Part shown: piece after piece, positions 10,639-21,821 of the stretch | Layout: each line of letters begins with the position of its first letter | How positions within the stretch are numbered: position 1 is the stretch's first letter | NCBI GenBank assembly: GCA_963789265.1 | Contig: CAWBKB010000001.1 | Location: forward strand, 1,152,001-1,216,000 | DNA: 64,000 bases | Source: an uncultured delta proteobacterium | GTDB lineage: Bacteria; Desulfobacterota; Desulfomonilia; Desulfomonilales; Desulfomonilaceae | Direction: 5' to 3' | Program-made: the position numbers and the translations under genes | Notes under the pieces: model-generated | Seen by the model: the letters and a program-made list of their open reading frames with translations, nothing else | Told to the model about the DNA's origin: nothing | Databases searched by the model: none

Positions 10639-10860
10639 TCAGGTGAATGCCTCCAGCTTCTCGATGATTCTGTCCAGTTTACCTTTGGCCGATTTGTGAT
10701 CCTTTTGGATTTTCTTGAGGGTACGATCCAATTCGCCGATTCGTTTGTCCCTCTTTTCCAGTTCCCTGCTAAACCGTTCTTGCTCTTTTTTGGACAGATC
10801 ATTTTGCTCTATCAAATGCATGATCTTCTCTTCGAGAAGAGCAAGCTTATCAGCATTCAT
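10639..10860 (-). CDS. zapB: ZapB-like coiled-coil protein
   Basis: 73-aa coiled coil (LALLEEKI..KLDRIIEKL) directly upstream of zapA. Confidence 0.7.
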   Translation of the reverse strand: MNADKLALLEEKIMHLIEQNDLSKKEQERFSRELEKRDKRIGELDRTLKKIQKDHKSAKGKLDRIIEKLEAFT

Positions 10861-11108
10861 AGGGGATCTCCAAGAGATTTTTTGAGAACCGCTTTAATTA
10901 TATTTCTTTAGGAAGAGGTGTCAAGAAGTATCTTGAACCGGTACCAGGCCCATTACAAGCTACAAGTCTTTAATTTTAGGTTAGATTAGGCCGATTCCCA
11001 GCATACAAAAAAACGCGCGGGAAAAGTTTTGGGCACGTCGTCGAAGGCAAAATAGAGCGCATAACAAGCAGATGCAGGGAGCTCAACGGCAAGATCACGG
11101 CGGCTATT

Positions 11109-11438
11109 TTAAGATTCAGACTCTTCTTGCTGAAGGCCACGGGAATCGATCAGTTTCTGAATCTTCCTGTGAAATGTGTTTCGGCTCATACCGAGCCACT
11201 TTGCAGCTTGCAGTTTGTTGCCGCGGCTTCGTTCAAGCACTTTAATGATTAAACGCTTCTCTACCTCTCCCATTATGAGAGGATGAATCCCTTTCACGTT
11301 GTTGTCCACCAGGTACTCTACCAACGTGTCAATGGAGTCAGCGATGTTGGTCTTGAGTACACCCTTCGCCTTGCCGGTTTTACGGGGACCTTCGCGCATT
11401 TCCGGGTCCGAAATCTTATCGGTTCTTTCCGCTGTCAT
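11109..11438 (-). CDS. fis: Fis-family HTH protein
   Basis: VEKRLIIKVLERSRGNKLQAAKWLGMSRNTFHRKI; ATG overlaps the dusB stop (dusB-fis arrangement). Confidence 0.8.
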   Translation of the reverse strand: MTAERTDKISDPEMREGPRKTGKAKGVLKTNIADSIDTLVEYLVDNNVKGIHPLIMGEVEKRLIIKVLERSRGNKLQAAKWLGMSRNTFHRKIQKLIDSRGLQQEESES

Positions 11439-12409
11439 GAGATCGCGACTTTCCCAAAGAACTGCTGCGTGAGATGCATGAGTGCATCCCGATCGTCCAG
11501 AGTGAAGACCGTGCGCCGGAACTCGCTCCCTTGGGCAAACCCTTTCGAGTACCATGCCAAATGTTTTTGCATCAGGCGAACAGCAGTGCGGCCATCCCAC
11601 CACTCCAGGATATATCGGAAGTGTTCGCGGATCACATCAATAAAGGTCAATATGCCTTCAGACATTCCGGTACCGCCGTCGGCTCGTTCAAGAATCCGGC
11701 CGGGCAGCCACGGCCTTCCTACGGCGCCCCTTCCTACCATGACCCCGTCACATCCTGTACGAATCGCCATTTCTATTGCGTCCTCCACGTCTTGGATTCC
11801 GCCGTTGCCTATTACAGGTATCCCAACCGTCTTCTTGACCTCTTCCAAGACGGTCAGAGACGGAGGGCCGGAATGAGCCCTGGATCTACTCCGAGAATGC
11901 ACGATCAGTGCATTTGCCCCCTCAGACTCAATCACGCGCGCGACCGCCGCTGCATTTGGGTTCGCTTCGTCCCACCCCAACCTCATCTTTACCGTAAGGG
12001 GAATACTAAGCACTTTTCGCATCGCAGCAACAATCCGGCCCGCAAGTCCGATATTTTTCATGAGCGCGGCGCCGGCCCCTCGATTTACGACCTTTCTTGC
12101 GGGACAACCCATGTTTACGTCTATTGCCGCTGCCCCTTCGTCCTGAAGCCTTTTGGCCGCTTCAGCCATCACCTCCGGATCTGTCCCGGCGAGTTGAAAG
12201 ACAGTAGGGGCTTCGCTGCAACGAATCTGCATTGTACGCATCGTGTCTGAGGTTCTCGCCACGCTATCTGCACTGATCATTTCAGTCCACACAGCCGACA
12301 CCCCAAACTTCTGAACTATCTTCCGAAAGGAAGGATCGGTGATCCCAACCATAGGCGCCAAAAAAACATTTCCCACCAGATCAAGATTTCCGATCTTCAT
12401 CGGGTGCAC
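11435..12409 (-). CDS. dusB: tRNA-dihydrouridine synthase B
   Basis: LAPMVG, DVNMGCPA, GAGAALM, VIGNGGI, GVMVGRG. Confidence 0.92.
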   Translation of the reverse strand: MHPMKIGNLDLVGNVFLAPMVGITDPSFRKIVQKFGVSAVWTEMISADSVARTSDTMRTMQIRCSEAPTVFQLAGTDPEVMAEAAKRLQDEGAAAIDVNMGCPARKVVNRGAGAALMKNIGLAGRIVAAMRKVLSIPLTVKMRLGWDEANPNAAAVARVIESEGANALIVHSRSRSRAHSGPPSLTVLEEVKKTVGIPVIGNGGIQDVEDAIEMAIRTGCDGVMVGRGAVGRPWLPGRILERADGGTGMSEGILTFIDVIREHFRYILEWWDGRTAVRLMQKHLAWYSKGFAQGSEFRRTVFTLDDRDALMHLTQQFFGKVAIS

Positions 12410-13784
12410 CCGGCCCCTGATCCCTTCTCAGAGGAAAAATCTTTTGCTTGGCCCTGGAAACCGCCAGGCTTCTCGGAGGCACGTCGCGAGTTATGGTGCT
12501 GCCCGCACCCACGATGCTGCCTTCGCCTATCTCCACTGGGGCGATGAACTGGACATCCGAACCTATAAAGCATCTGTCGCCTATAGTGGTGGGATGCTTT
12601 TTTTTGCCGTCATAGTTGCAGGTAATGGTTCCGCATCCGATATTGACATCAGCCCCGATTAGGCTATCGCCGAGGTAGGTGAGGTGAGCGGCTTTTGAGC
12701 CGTTTCCCACCGCAGTCTTCTTAACTTCCACGAAATTCCCGATCCTTGCATTCTTTCCGATCCTTGCATCCGGCCTGAGATTAGCCATCGGTCCCACGGT
12801 AGTGCCGTCATCTACCGAGGCCCGGTCGAGTCGAGAACCCTGCAAGATTCTCACGCCGTCTCCCAGTATACTGTCCATAATATAGACGCCGGATTCTATG
12901 ACGCAATTCCGTCCAATCTCGGTACGGCCCGAAATGGTCACGCAAGGATGAATCACGGTGTCCGCCCCGACTCCGACCTGCGAGTCAACATAAACCGATG
13001 AAGGATCTAGTAGCGTGACACCAGAATCCATCAGCTCTTCACGGAGGCGGTTCCATACCATTGCCGAAACGCGGGCCAGGTCAGCGCGCGTATTGATTCC
13101 TGTCGCTTCCTTGGCGTTCGCAAGTACAAAAGCATGGACCGGTATCGATTCTTTCGTCGCCTCCTTCACGATGTCGGTCAAGTAGTACTCGCCCTGCGAA
13201 TTGTTCGAGCCTATCTTGTCCACGAGTGAATAGAGGAGTTTGGCATTTGCAACGTACACGCCCGTATTGATCTCCTTTACGGCCTTTTGCGAGTCATTCG
13301 CATCTCTGTCTTCCACAATTCCAGCTACTTGACCGCGGTCAGTCCTTACGATCCGTCCGTATCCGGCCGCAATCTCGGGAAACGCAGTCATCACCGTCAA
13401 TTTGCTCTCATTTCCTCGGTGGAAGCGAATTAATTCCTCTATGGTTCGAGACTGAACGAGCGGGATGTCTCCGCACAGGATCAGGATGTCGCCGGAAAAT
13501 TCCTTGAACAAGTCTCTTGCGGATGCCACGGCATGGCCTGTGCCCAGTTGCGGTTCCTGTATGGCAAACTCAACCCCCGAGGATCCGGCTACCTTTCTAA
13601 CTTCTGCGGATTCATGGCCCACCACTAATACAATTTTTTGGAATCCACACGAATGAACTGCGTCTATCACATAAGAAATCATCGGGCGGCCTGCTACAGG
13701 ATGCAAGACCTTGCATACCCCGGATTTCATGCGCGTGCCTTTACCAGCCGCCAATATGAGAGCAGTAATCTCTTCCATAATCAC
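12381..13784 (-). CDS. glmU: bifunctional UDP-GlcNAc pyrophosphorylase / glucosamine-1-P acetyltransferase
   Basis: ILAAGKGTRMKS, QLGTGHAV, EYYLTD, hexapeptide repeats, CNYDG. Confidence 0.97.
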   Translation of the reverse strand: MIMEEITALILAAGKGTRMKSGVCKVLHPVAGRPMISYVIDAVHSCGFQKIVLVVGHESAEVRKVAGSSGVEFAIQEPQLGTGHAVASARDLFKEFSGDILILCGDIPLVQSRTIEELIRFHRGNESKLTVMTAFPEIAAGYGRIVRTDRGQVAGIVEDRDANDSQKAVKEINTGVYVANAKLLYSLVDKIGSNNSQGEYYLTDIVKEATKESIPVHAFVLANAKEATGINTRADLARVSAMVWNRLREELMDSGVTLLDPSSVYVDSQVGVGADTVIHPCVTISGRTEIGRNCVIESGVYIMDSILGDGVRILQGSRLDRASVDDGTTVGPMANLRPDARIGKNARIGNFVEVKKTAVGNGSKAAHLTYLGDSLIGADVNIGCGTITCNYDGKKKHPTTIGDRCFIGSDVQFIAPVEIGEGSIVGAGSTITRDVPPRSLAVSRAKQKIFPLRRDQGPGAPDEDRKS

Positions 13785-14009
13785 GCAAAAGTCGCATCGA
13801 CTAAATTGAACGTGGCAAACTTATCGCTTTGTTAGAATGCTGTCAAGCTGCCTTTTCCTATCGAGGAAGGCTTTCACCGAACTTCTGCTTTGAAGTAGTA
13901 ATTGATAGACCGCGCAATGGATCAGGTTCGTCAGTCTTACTGCACTTGTTCCCTGTGGATCGAAAGGCTACACTCGCGTCGTTTGCAGAGGTTCCGCGGG
14001 AGGGCTGGG

Positions 14010-14567
14010 ATGATGAAATCGGACCGAACCTTCAAATTGGCCGTCTTGGGTTCCGCTTCGGCTAACGATACGTCGCCTGGCTGGGAGAAAGCAGTGAGGA
14101 TCGGTAGGTCTGTAGGGGCCCGGAGCGAAGTCCTTTTGACCGGAGCATGTCCGGGATATCCTTATGCCGCTACTCTGGGGGCCAACTCCGCCGGCGGACT
14201 GACCGTGGGAATTTCTCCGGCAATGAACAGGGAGGAGCACGCAAACATTTACTCTTACCCATTGGAGAGTCGGATCAACCTGTTCACCGGTATGGGGGCC
14301 AAAGGACGCAATGTCATCCTGATAAGGAGCGCGGATGCCTGCTTATTTATAGGTGGTGGAATGGGAACTCTAAATGAGTTCACCATCGCTTGTGCCGATT
14401 TGGGTCCAAGCTGCGCCATCGGCATTCTCACCGGGACCGGCGGCTTTTCGGACGAATTCCTCCGTCTGGTCGAGCTTTCCGGAAAATCTCCTCGCGCTCT
14501 GCTGGTCGCGGAGTGTGATCCGGAGAAGCTGGTGGAGAAACTTTTCAGGCATATAGCCGGGCAATAA
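14010..14567 (+). CDS. LOG/SLOG family protein
   Basis: LLTGACPG, TVGISP, GRNV..RSADA..GGGMGTLNE. Confidence 0.8.
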   Translation: MMKSDRTFKLAVLGSASANDTSPGWEKAVRIGRSVGARSEVLLTGACPGYPYAATLGANSAGGLTVGISPAMNREEHANIYSYPLESRINLFTGMGAKGRNVILIRSADACLFIGGGMGTLNEFTIACADLGPSCAIGILTGTGGFSDEFLRLVELSGKSPRALLVAECDPEKLVEKLFRHIAGQ

Positions 14568-14657
14568 TTCTTCCGACCAGTATCTGAGCGCATGGGACAA
14601 AAAACCTGAGTTTTCAATGACATGGCCGCGAATAAACCTTGACCCGCGTCGAGAAGT

Positions 14658-16235
14658 GTGGTAGTACTCGAATTCCACATCCGACTAAGATTTTGCTATT
14701 TTGTCTTGGCAGAACTGGGGACCCGCATGAAAACCTTGAGGTCTATCGCAAAGTCGCGTGCGTTCATCGGCCAAACTCGTGATAGCGAGCATGAAACCTT
14801 CAGGAAAGGAATAAGCAGAGCAAATCCGGCGCGGCACCCCGATCGACCAGTCAACCTGGAATACAGGGCCCCAGGCGGAGCGCCGCGCACCGAGCGCAAT
14901 GATTCGGTGTCGCCTCTCCATGCAGTATCTCGCCTGATAACAGCGGTAACAATCATTCTCGCTGCCGCGGTTCCTATTCTCTGGAACCCCATGCCGGCAT
15001 TTGCCCAGTATCCTCAGGGCCTAACAGAGGCGCTGGAAAATCAAAAGGCCGGAAGGCTCAAAGAAGCTATTGAAATCTACACTGAAGTCATCGCCAAGAA
15101 CCCGCGTTCCGCTGAGGCTTATAACTGGCGCGGAATGGCATACCAGGATCTGGGCCAACTGGACAAGGCATTGGCGGACTTCAACAAAGCCATAGCGATT
15201 GCCGGCGACTACGCGGATGCTTACAACAACCGGGGCGAGATTTATCGCGCGAAGAACATGATTCCTCAGGCTACAGCCGACTATCGTAGAGCAACTCAGT
15301 TGGAAAAGAACTTTGCTGAAGCCTATTACAACCTGGGGATGATGTATGAGACTAATAAACATGGAGAACGGGCGATAGCGGAGTATGAGAATTACCTGAA
15401 ATTTAAGCCTGACGCGGCTGACAAACAGCAGGTTCTGGAAAAAATCCAGGCATTGAAGAAAGCAGCAGTGGCTCAGCAACCTCACCCGCGTACCGCCGGG
15501 GAGAGGCCGGGGCAAAAGCCTGCGGCCGAAAGGCCGTTACCCGGGAAGCCTGCTGCCCCGAGTGCGGTGCCCGGAAAACCGGCCGTAGAGAAACCAGGAC
15601 TGTCAAAGCCGGCTATGCCGGCAAAGCCGCCCACACCCGCAAAGCCGGTTACACCCGCAAAGCCGGTTACACCCGCGAAACCGGTTACACCCGCGAAACC
15701 GATCACGCCCGCGAAACCGATCACGCCCGTGAAACCCCTCACACCACAGGGCATCGATCTCGGCATACCCGGTGTCCCGCAGATCCCGATGAGCCTCGAG
15801 GCGTTGATTGCCACGGCCACTCATTTGAGCCTGATAACTGCCGTAATCAATGCCATCGTATATCTTTTCTTCTCAATAATGCTTTTCCTCATTGCCGTCA
15901 AATCGAATACCAGTCTTCCTTGGTTGGCATTTATTCCTGTTGTTCAAGTGATAATCCTGCCGCTGATGATAGCGCGAAAGCCAATGTGGTGGCTGCTGTT
16001 GTTATTTCTTCCGATCATCTCTGTGGGTGCAGTCTTGCTCGAAACGGTAATGCCTACTGGTGGAATGCTCTTGCTTACTGTGCTCGGCGTCACTATGCTG
16101 ATCTCCGCCATTACGGTTCTACTTATCTGTCTGGGAATTGCCCGGGCGAGGCAAAAGTCTGCAGCCTGGGGCGTATTACTATTCATTCCCTGTACGTCGC
16201 CGATTGCCCTCGCGTATCTGGGGCTTTCGAGATAG
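14658..16235 (+). CDS. TPR protein with Pro/Ala/Lys-rich linker and C-terminal membrane domain (true start probably downstream)
   Basis: TPRs (AEAYNWRG, ADAYNNRG, AEAYYNLG), PAKPVT repeats, 4-5 hydrophobic helices (WLAFIP, WGVLLFIP). Confidence 0.8.
   Translation: MVVLEFHIRLRFCYFVLAELGTRMKTLRSIAKSRAFIGQTRDSEHETFRKGISRANPARHPDRPVNLEYRAPGGAPRTERNDSVSPLHAVSRLITAVTIILAAAVPILWNPMPAFAQYPQGLTEALENQKAGRLKEAIEIYTEVIAKNPRSAEAYNWRGMAYQDLGQLDKALADFNKAIAIAGDYADAYNNRGEIYRAKNMIPQATADYRRATQLEKNFAEAYYNLGMMYETNKHGERAIAEYENYLKFKPDAADKQQVLEKIQALKKAAVAQQPHPRTAGERPGQKPAAERPLPGKPAAPSAVPGKPAVEKPGLSKPAMPAKPPTPAKPVTPAKPVTPAKPVTPAKPITPAKPITPVKPLTPQGIDLGIPGVPQIPMSLEALIATATHLSLITAVINAIVYLFFSIMLFLIAVKSNTSLPWLAFIPVVQVIILPLMIARKPMWWLLLLFLPIISVGAVLLETVMPTGGMLLLTVLGVTMLISAITVLLICLGIARARQKSAAWGVLLFIPCTSPIALAYLGLSR
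15633..15740 (+). repeat. 18-bp coding tandem repeat, six copies (TPAKPV/I)
   Basis: ACACCCGCAAAGCCGGTT-type units read directly from the sequence. Confidence 0.9.
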
Positions 16236-16247
16236 CTCCGCACTTTC

Positions 16248-18762
16248 ATGAGGGACCCCAGCCTTGAGCCTGAATATTTCGTTCGTGACAGAATTGTCCG
16301 GTCGGAGCCTCTGATGACCCCAGATAGGGGCGAGTTTGAAACCCGCCCCTACTCCGTCCAGGCCGGTAACATTGAAATTACCGGCACGGAGGCCGGTCCC
16401 ACCCCCGAACGCTTCGCCGGCCTCGGGGATTCGATCCGGTTTCGTTCGTCTTTGCCCGTTCTGACTATCACAGTGCAGCCGCCGAAGAGAGACCTTTCAG
16501 AATTCAACCAGTTATCAGCAAAGCTTCTTAATTGCACGGCCAGATCTCTGTTGGTGGGGGTTAAGCTCATTCACGGCTCGGAAACGGGCGGATTCGGGAC
16601 TCCGGATGTGTCGTTATCCGGCGGTCGCGAAGAACTCCGCTCCGGCGCATGGACTGACTTGCGGTTCCCTGCTGAGAGCTTCGGAACTTACGGCACACCA
16701 CCCCACTGGAAAGATATTCGTGAGATCGAGCTTAGCTTCTCCCATGAACGTACCTATGAGGGGATGGACCCGATAGAAGTGGAAATAAGATCCCTGACCG
16801 GAGAACTTAGAGAAATTCCCCACGGGCCTCGCCTGACTCTCCAGGGTTTAGCTCACGCCTTAAACTCGGATCTTCGACCTGTAGCGCAATTCCTGGAAGA
16901 TGATAGAGGTGCAGTCAGGTGCGCTCGGCAGGTTTGGTCTCCAGGTCCTCCCTATGCGGCCGATGATTCCGGGCTTCTTATCCCGCCCCCGCATCCCTAT
17001 CCGCGAGAATCAGCAGATGAAATCCTCCGCGGGAGAATTATGGGTCGCTCGGTCGACTATCCGTTAGCGTGGGGAGACTGTCCGTCTGTGGTCCTGGAGT
17101 GGTGTCACTTCCTTAATCGTCACCATTTCATGAGACAACTGCTCATCGCCTTCGTGCAGACAAGATGCGAACGGTACATCGGGGAGTTGGGCAGGGTCAT
17201 ATCAAGTTGGATCGATTCCAACTCTGCGCCCGTTGGTTCCAACGGAGGTGCGGGACCTTCCTGGGAAACGCTTACTGTGGCCTGGCGGCTCAGGGAATGG
17301 CTTTGGGTGGCAGGCATAGCATGGCCGGTCGAGGCATTTCAGAAGTCGGTAAAATTGGACATGCTGCGCTCGATATGGGAACACGCGCGCAGCCTTATGG
17401 ATCATAGAGGGCACCCCAACAACTGGATCATCGTGGAATCTTCCTCTCTGGCCCTTGCCGGGATCTGTTTTCCCGGATTCCGGGAAGCCGAGCTTTGGAT
17501 GAAAACAGGGATAGAAAGACTCAAAACGGAATTCCATAGACAGTTCTTCAAGGACGGCGTGCACTTCGAAATCTCGCCCATGTATCATGCGATTTGTTTG
17601 CACGCGATGCTTGAGGTCAAGCAGGCTGCCGCGGCAAGAGAGATGCCTCTTCCCGAGACATTCGGTAGGCCGCTTGAAAGGTGTTTTGACTACCTCGCGG
17701 CCCTGTGTCGCCCCGACTTCACCTGGCCGTCCCTGAACGATTCCGGCTCCGTGTCTTCAGATTACACCACTCTAATGCGCAAAGCCGGAGAAGTATTTCA
17801 GCGCGAGGATTTCCAATGGATCGGATCGCGAGGGGATACGGGAACACCTCCGCCTGGTAGATTCCGTGTCTTTCCGGATGCGGGAATTGCTGCATTCCGG
17901 TCTGGACATCACCCGGACGCGAATTTCTTGGTTTTCCGGGCCGGACCGCCGGGCGCGGCACACGGGCACGGGGATGCGCTCTCCATTGATGTAACGGCTC
18001 TCGGTGTTCCGCGGCTTGTCGATCCCGGAATCACCTCCTACGCTCCGGATAAATTGACTCAGGTACTATCGCTCACCCGCGGCGCACAATGTCATCATGA
18101 TTGATGATCGCGGGCCGGACCGCTCCGCTTTGACATTCCGGGAAAAGGTCCGGAAGGCCGGATCTGACTTTTCGTGTTGGAGTGATGAATCTCTGGATGT
18201 AGCCACCGGAGTCTGTCACGGGCCCTGGGAAGGAATCAGAGATAAGTACGTTCTCACCCGTACCGTAGTGTTCGTCAAGCCGGATTACTGGATTGTCAGA
18301 GACCGGGTGGATGGCTCGGAAGAGCACGAGATATCAGCTCATTGGCAATTCTATCCGAGCAGAGTGGAGATAGACATCAAGACGCTCGCAGCACGATGCG
18401 TAGATGCACGCGGCCCCGGATTCGAGCTGAAGCCGTTGTTGGCTGCCAACAGAGCCGACATTGAAATCTCGACAGGATTGTTGAGCCCGCCCCGAGGATG
18501 GGTGTCTCTGAACGGCTCGGATGTTCCCGCGACGAGCTGTATTTACCGGGTGAAGACCTTTTTGCCGACCACACTAATTTGGCTTCTGCTGCCTTTCGAG
18601 AAGGGTTTTGCTTCAAGGATTCAGGCAATCCGACGGGATTCGGATGAAGGAGAAGTGACTCTGGAAATTCGGTTCCCGGAGGGACGGAACGACTTAATTA
18701 GGCTGGGCAAAGAACGGGTTGACGCGAAACGCCTCGGCCAGAACCCACCTGCATCGCGATAA
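16248..18762 (+). CDS. heparinase II/III-family protein (frameshift near 18063)
   Basis: HFLNRHH, NNWIIVE, DGVHFEISPMYH, HGHGDALS, LVDPG..SY; removing one G near 18063 gives YYRSPAAHNV and joins 18097..18762. Confidence 0.85.
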
Positions 18763-18877
18763 GAATGCTCCGAGTTCGCGATTAGGCCTCGTGTAGGGCG
18801 GCCCGTGGCCGCCGTCCCGCGCCTCGCGGGATCGGGCATGGCCCGACCTACCCGCTCCGCCGACTCTCGAAATTCCC

Positions 18878-18988
18878 TCAAAGATGTCCTTCGAGGTGCT
18901 CTTCCGCCACAGTGGTCACATGGTGTCCGGCGTCTTCCAGTGGTGTTCGCCATCGAGGATCAGCGTTTTCGTCAAGCTTGAACTGCAC
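18878..18988 (-). pseudogene. truncated DUF5615 (PIN-like) toxin
   Basis: VQFKLDENAD..LEDAGHHVTTVAEEHLEG stops after 36 aa; overlaps the DUF433 gene end. Confidence 0.75.
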
Positions 18989-19226
18989 GATCGTGGCTCG
19001 CGTCAATTGAGATAACCCGTTCCCGGGCATTTTCAGCAGCATAGGCCAAGCAGGCCCGGATGTCGTCGCGAGTGAGAGCCGGGTATGCAGCCAAAATGTC
19101 CTCAAAGCTGTCGCCGCTTGCCAGGTAATTTAGTATGAGCCATACCATGATTCGCGTCCCTTTGACACAAGGCTGACCGTGGCACACGTTGGGATCTACG
19201 CTTATTCTTTCCAGGAGCGGAGACAT
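18972..19226 (-). CDS. DUF433 antitoxin
   Basis: RISVDPNVCHGQPCVKGTRI..YPALTRDDIRACLAYAA. Confidence 0.92.
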   Translation of the reverse strand: MSPLLERISVDPNVCHGQPCVKGTRIMVWLILNYLASGDSFEDILAAYPALTRDDIRACLAYAAENARERVISIDASHDRAVQA

Positions 19227-19345
19227 GTCGATCCTCCAGCATCAAACTACACTTTGTGACTTCCCGGTCAGGTGATAGTTCCTATAAGTTTGAAAGGACA
19301 CCCGTAAGCACGGTATTGGAAGCTTCCGAGCATCGGTTGCAGCCC

Positions 19346-20127
19346 TCACATTTTGTGGAGAGAAGGACCGACCAGCATAACCACAAGCACAATCCCTCCC
19401 AACACCAGGCCGCAACAGACCAGCGCCGGTAATATGAAGGCCAAGACCGATCTTCCGGTGCTTATGCCGTGCACTTCCCGGATGCCGATAACCGTGATGT
19501 ATATCTTCCATATCAGCCCGATAACTCCACCAATCACCGGCAGTACGGCGAACAAATCAGTCGCCATAGAATAGCAAACCACCCTAAACGTGGCCTCGAA
19601 GTCTTCCTTTGCGCCACCGACCAAAAAAAGCGAAACGTGGAGCAAAACGGCCGACATAACAATGCCCATAAATACTAACAGGGGTACGAGGAAGCCGATG
19701 GCGACTGCCTTTCCTTTTGATAAAACAATCACCGTCGTTATTGAGTGGCCCAGAGCAAGGGACCACGTGTAGCCGATCATGGCCCCTACAGTTCCCACAA
19801 TGAGAGCGTAGAGGAGCGGAATCAGAAGCCCGCCCTGATGAGGTATTCTGTCAAAGAAATTGTTAGGTGAAAAAAGACTCTGCTTAACGGTTTGAATGAT
19901 TCCCTGCAAGAAGCCGAGATGTTCCTGATCTTCCCAGGGGCAATATTCGTCTCGACGCACGAAGACAACCTCAGGCGGTTGCGGCGAAAGGGCACCGCCT
20001 CTGGAATCTCCCGCGGAGGGCTTTTCCTCCTTGGAATTGTTGGGAGCCTCCAGAGGCGCTCCACACCAAGAGCAGGCTCTTGGCCCTCCACAGGGACAAA
20101 ATCTCGACCACACTTAGGGCAAGTCAC
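19346..20127 (-). CDS. zinc-ribbon plus YIP1-family membrane protein (frameshift near 20080)
   Basis: MTCPKCG in one frame, CSWCGAP..CPWE..FEATFRVVCYS in the other. Confidence 0.78.
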
Positions 20128-20179
20128 ATCACTCTCCTTCCCCGATTTCGCTCATCCGGGCCCATGAATAAGAAGCATC

Positions 20180-21223
20180 TCAAAGCATGTGATCGGCTAT
20201 CCAATCCCGGCTCGCCACGTCTGCAACTCTGATGCGACGCGGGCTGCCATTGCTGTCTTGCAGGCATATCCACTCCCCACGTGATGACTCCTTTGCGTAT
20301 CTGCGGATAACACTGCCGATTATGGATTCCTCGTGAGGATCCGGGCGTCCCACCGCCAGGACCAGCGGGCCGGGAAAATCTTCCGGACTAAACAGAGAAC
20401 CTGCGTCAGCTAACCGTTCAATGCGCTGGTTTTCCGTTTCATTCCGGCCTACGACTATCTTCAAACCGGGCCTCACTCGGAGGTGCCGCCCCACGTGCAA
20501 CAATTCAAGGTCGGCAGGGGACACTTCATCTGTGTGGGCCAACAGGTCTCGAACGCGATTGGAAAAGCCCTTATCCGTCAACAGACAACCACCGGCAGGC
20601 GGCGAATAGCCGGACAGGCCCAACTCGGCAGCCATTCGTAGCTGGGTTTTTCGCCCTCGCCCCGCGACGTCCAGGAGTCGCTCTCGGTCTACAACCCCCG
20701 TTTCTTCTGGTCTCGTTGGGGCGAGGCGTTTGGCGGAAAGTGGCCTGAGCACAAATCCTTCGCAATCTGACTGCTTGTCTATAAGACGGATGGCATTTCT
20801 CCGCTGAGACATGGGTCTTTGGCCTACGACTTCGCCGGTGACGATGAAGGATGCCCCAATTTCCTGCGCGAACTCTTTTGCCTTAATAAAAGTGTAAATG
20901 CGGCAGTCTATGCAGGGATTGAGATTCTTCCCATGGCCGTACCGGGGATTACGAATGAGTTCGAGGAAATCCTTCCCCTTCGGGAAAAGTCTCAGAGGTA
21001 CATCCAACTGGCGGGCCAGCTCGCGGACCGGAGAATCCTCGACTCCAGCGTCCAGCGGGGAAAAGAAAGAGGTGAAATGGACCGCGACCACATCTATACC
21101 CTGGCGTTTCACCAGATAAACGGCCAGGGCGGAATCCAGCCCTCCGGACAGTAGAGCAACAGCCTTTCTGCCCGGTGGTGATTCTTTAGGAGCGGGACTA
21201 AAAGACATCGGCTGAGAAGACAT
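20180..21223 (-). CDS. PP-loop tRNA sulfurtransferase-like protein (ThiI/MnmA-related, no THUMP domain)
   Basis: SGGLDS, NPCIDCRI, TGEVVGQRPMSQ, GGCLLTD. Confidence 0.8.
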   Translation of the reverse strand: MSSQPMSFSPAPKESPPGRKAVALLSGGLDSALAVYLVKRQGIDVVAVHFTSFFSPLDAGVEDSPVRELARQLDVPLRLFPKGKDFLELIRNPRYGHGKNLNPCIDCRIYTFIKAKEFAQEIGASFIVTGEVVGQRPMSQRRNAIRLIDKQSDCEGFVLRPLSAKRLAPTRPEETGVVDRERLLDVAGRGRKTQLRMAAELGLSGYSPPAGGCLLTDKGFSNRVRDLLAHTDEVSPADLELLHVGRHLRVRPGLKIVVGRNETENQRIERLADAGSLFSPEDFPGPLVLAVGRPDPHEESIIGSVIRRYAKESSRGEWICLQDSNGSPRRIRVADVASRDWIADHML

Positions 21224-21767
21224 AAATCTCCGTCCCCTTGTCTTTCCAAGCGTCCATGGGCAAGCCTGCCTTCCTGCAGGTCTCCTTCAGGAATGTGATT
21301 CGGTCCCAGTTCCGCTCGGATGCCACCTGCGGGAGAAGCAGACCGGAAAACACACCTCTCTTTATCATAATACCGTGTTTCCCGATTTGGATCTCTTCCG
21401 GATCGTTAATCTGAACCAGGGGAGTAAGCGCGGATATCTCCAGATCCAGGTAGGGCAGTTCATCAGCGCTTACAGGACGGAAACGCGGATCGCGACAGGC
21501 CGCGGCCTGCGCCATTTCTGCAACATTCTCGTACAGAGGGTCGTCGGCATCGAGCGATCCTATGCATCCTCTCAACATTCCTTGTTTGTAAATGCACACG
21601 AACGCCCCACATCCTTCTTTGAGCTTTTCGGTGGAGGGCGTAAACGCAGGAATCGCCTCCCCTCGGCTTTTCGCCTCGATCACAGTCAGGGCGATTCGGC
21701 GAAGCTCCTGCTTCTCGTCGTCCGTGAGACCCAGATCTGCGCCAACCATTTTCTTTTCTGACGACAT
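21198..21767 (-). CDS. amrA: AmmeMemoRadiSam system protein A (AMMECR1)
   Basis: GAFV..LRGCIG, DPRF.PV, GLLLPQVA, C.KAGL. Confidence 0.9.
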   Translation of the reverse strand: MSSEKKMVGADLGLTDDEKQELRRIALTVIEAKSRGEAIPAFTPSTEKLKEGCGAFVCIYKQGMLRGCIGSLDADDPLYENVAEMAQAAACRDPRFRPVSADELPYLDLEISALTPLVQINDPEEIQIGKHGIMIKRGVFSGLLLPQVASERNWDRITFLKETCRKAGLPMDAWKDKGTEIYVFSADVF

Positions 21768-21821
21768 CCTCTTATCCCTCCCGTTGATAGGCGAACACGT
21801 TGTAGGTTCAAAACCATGAGG

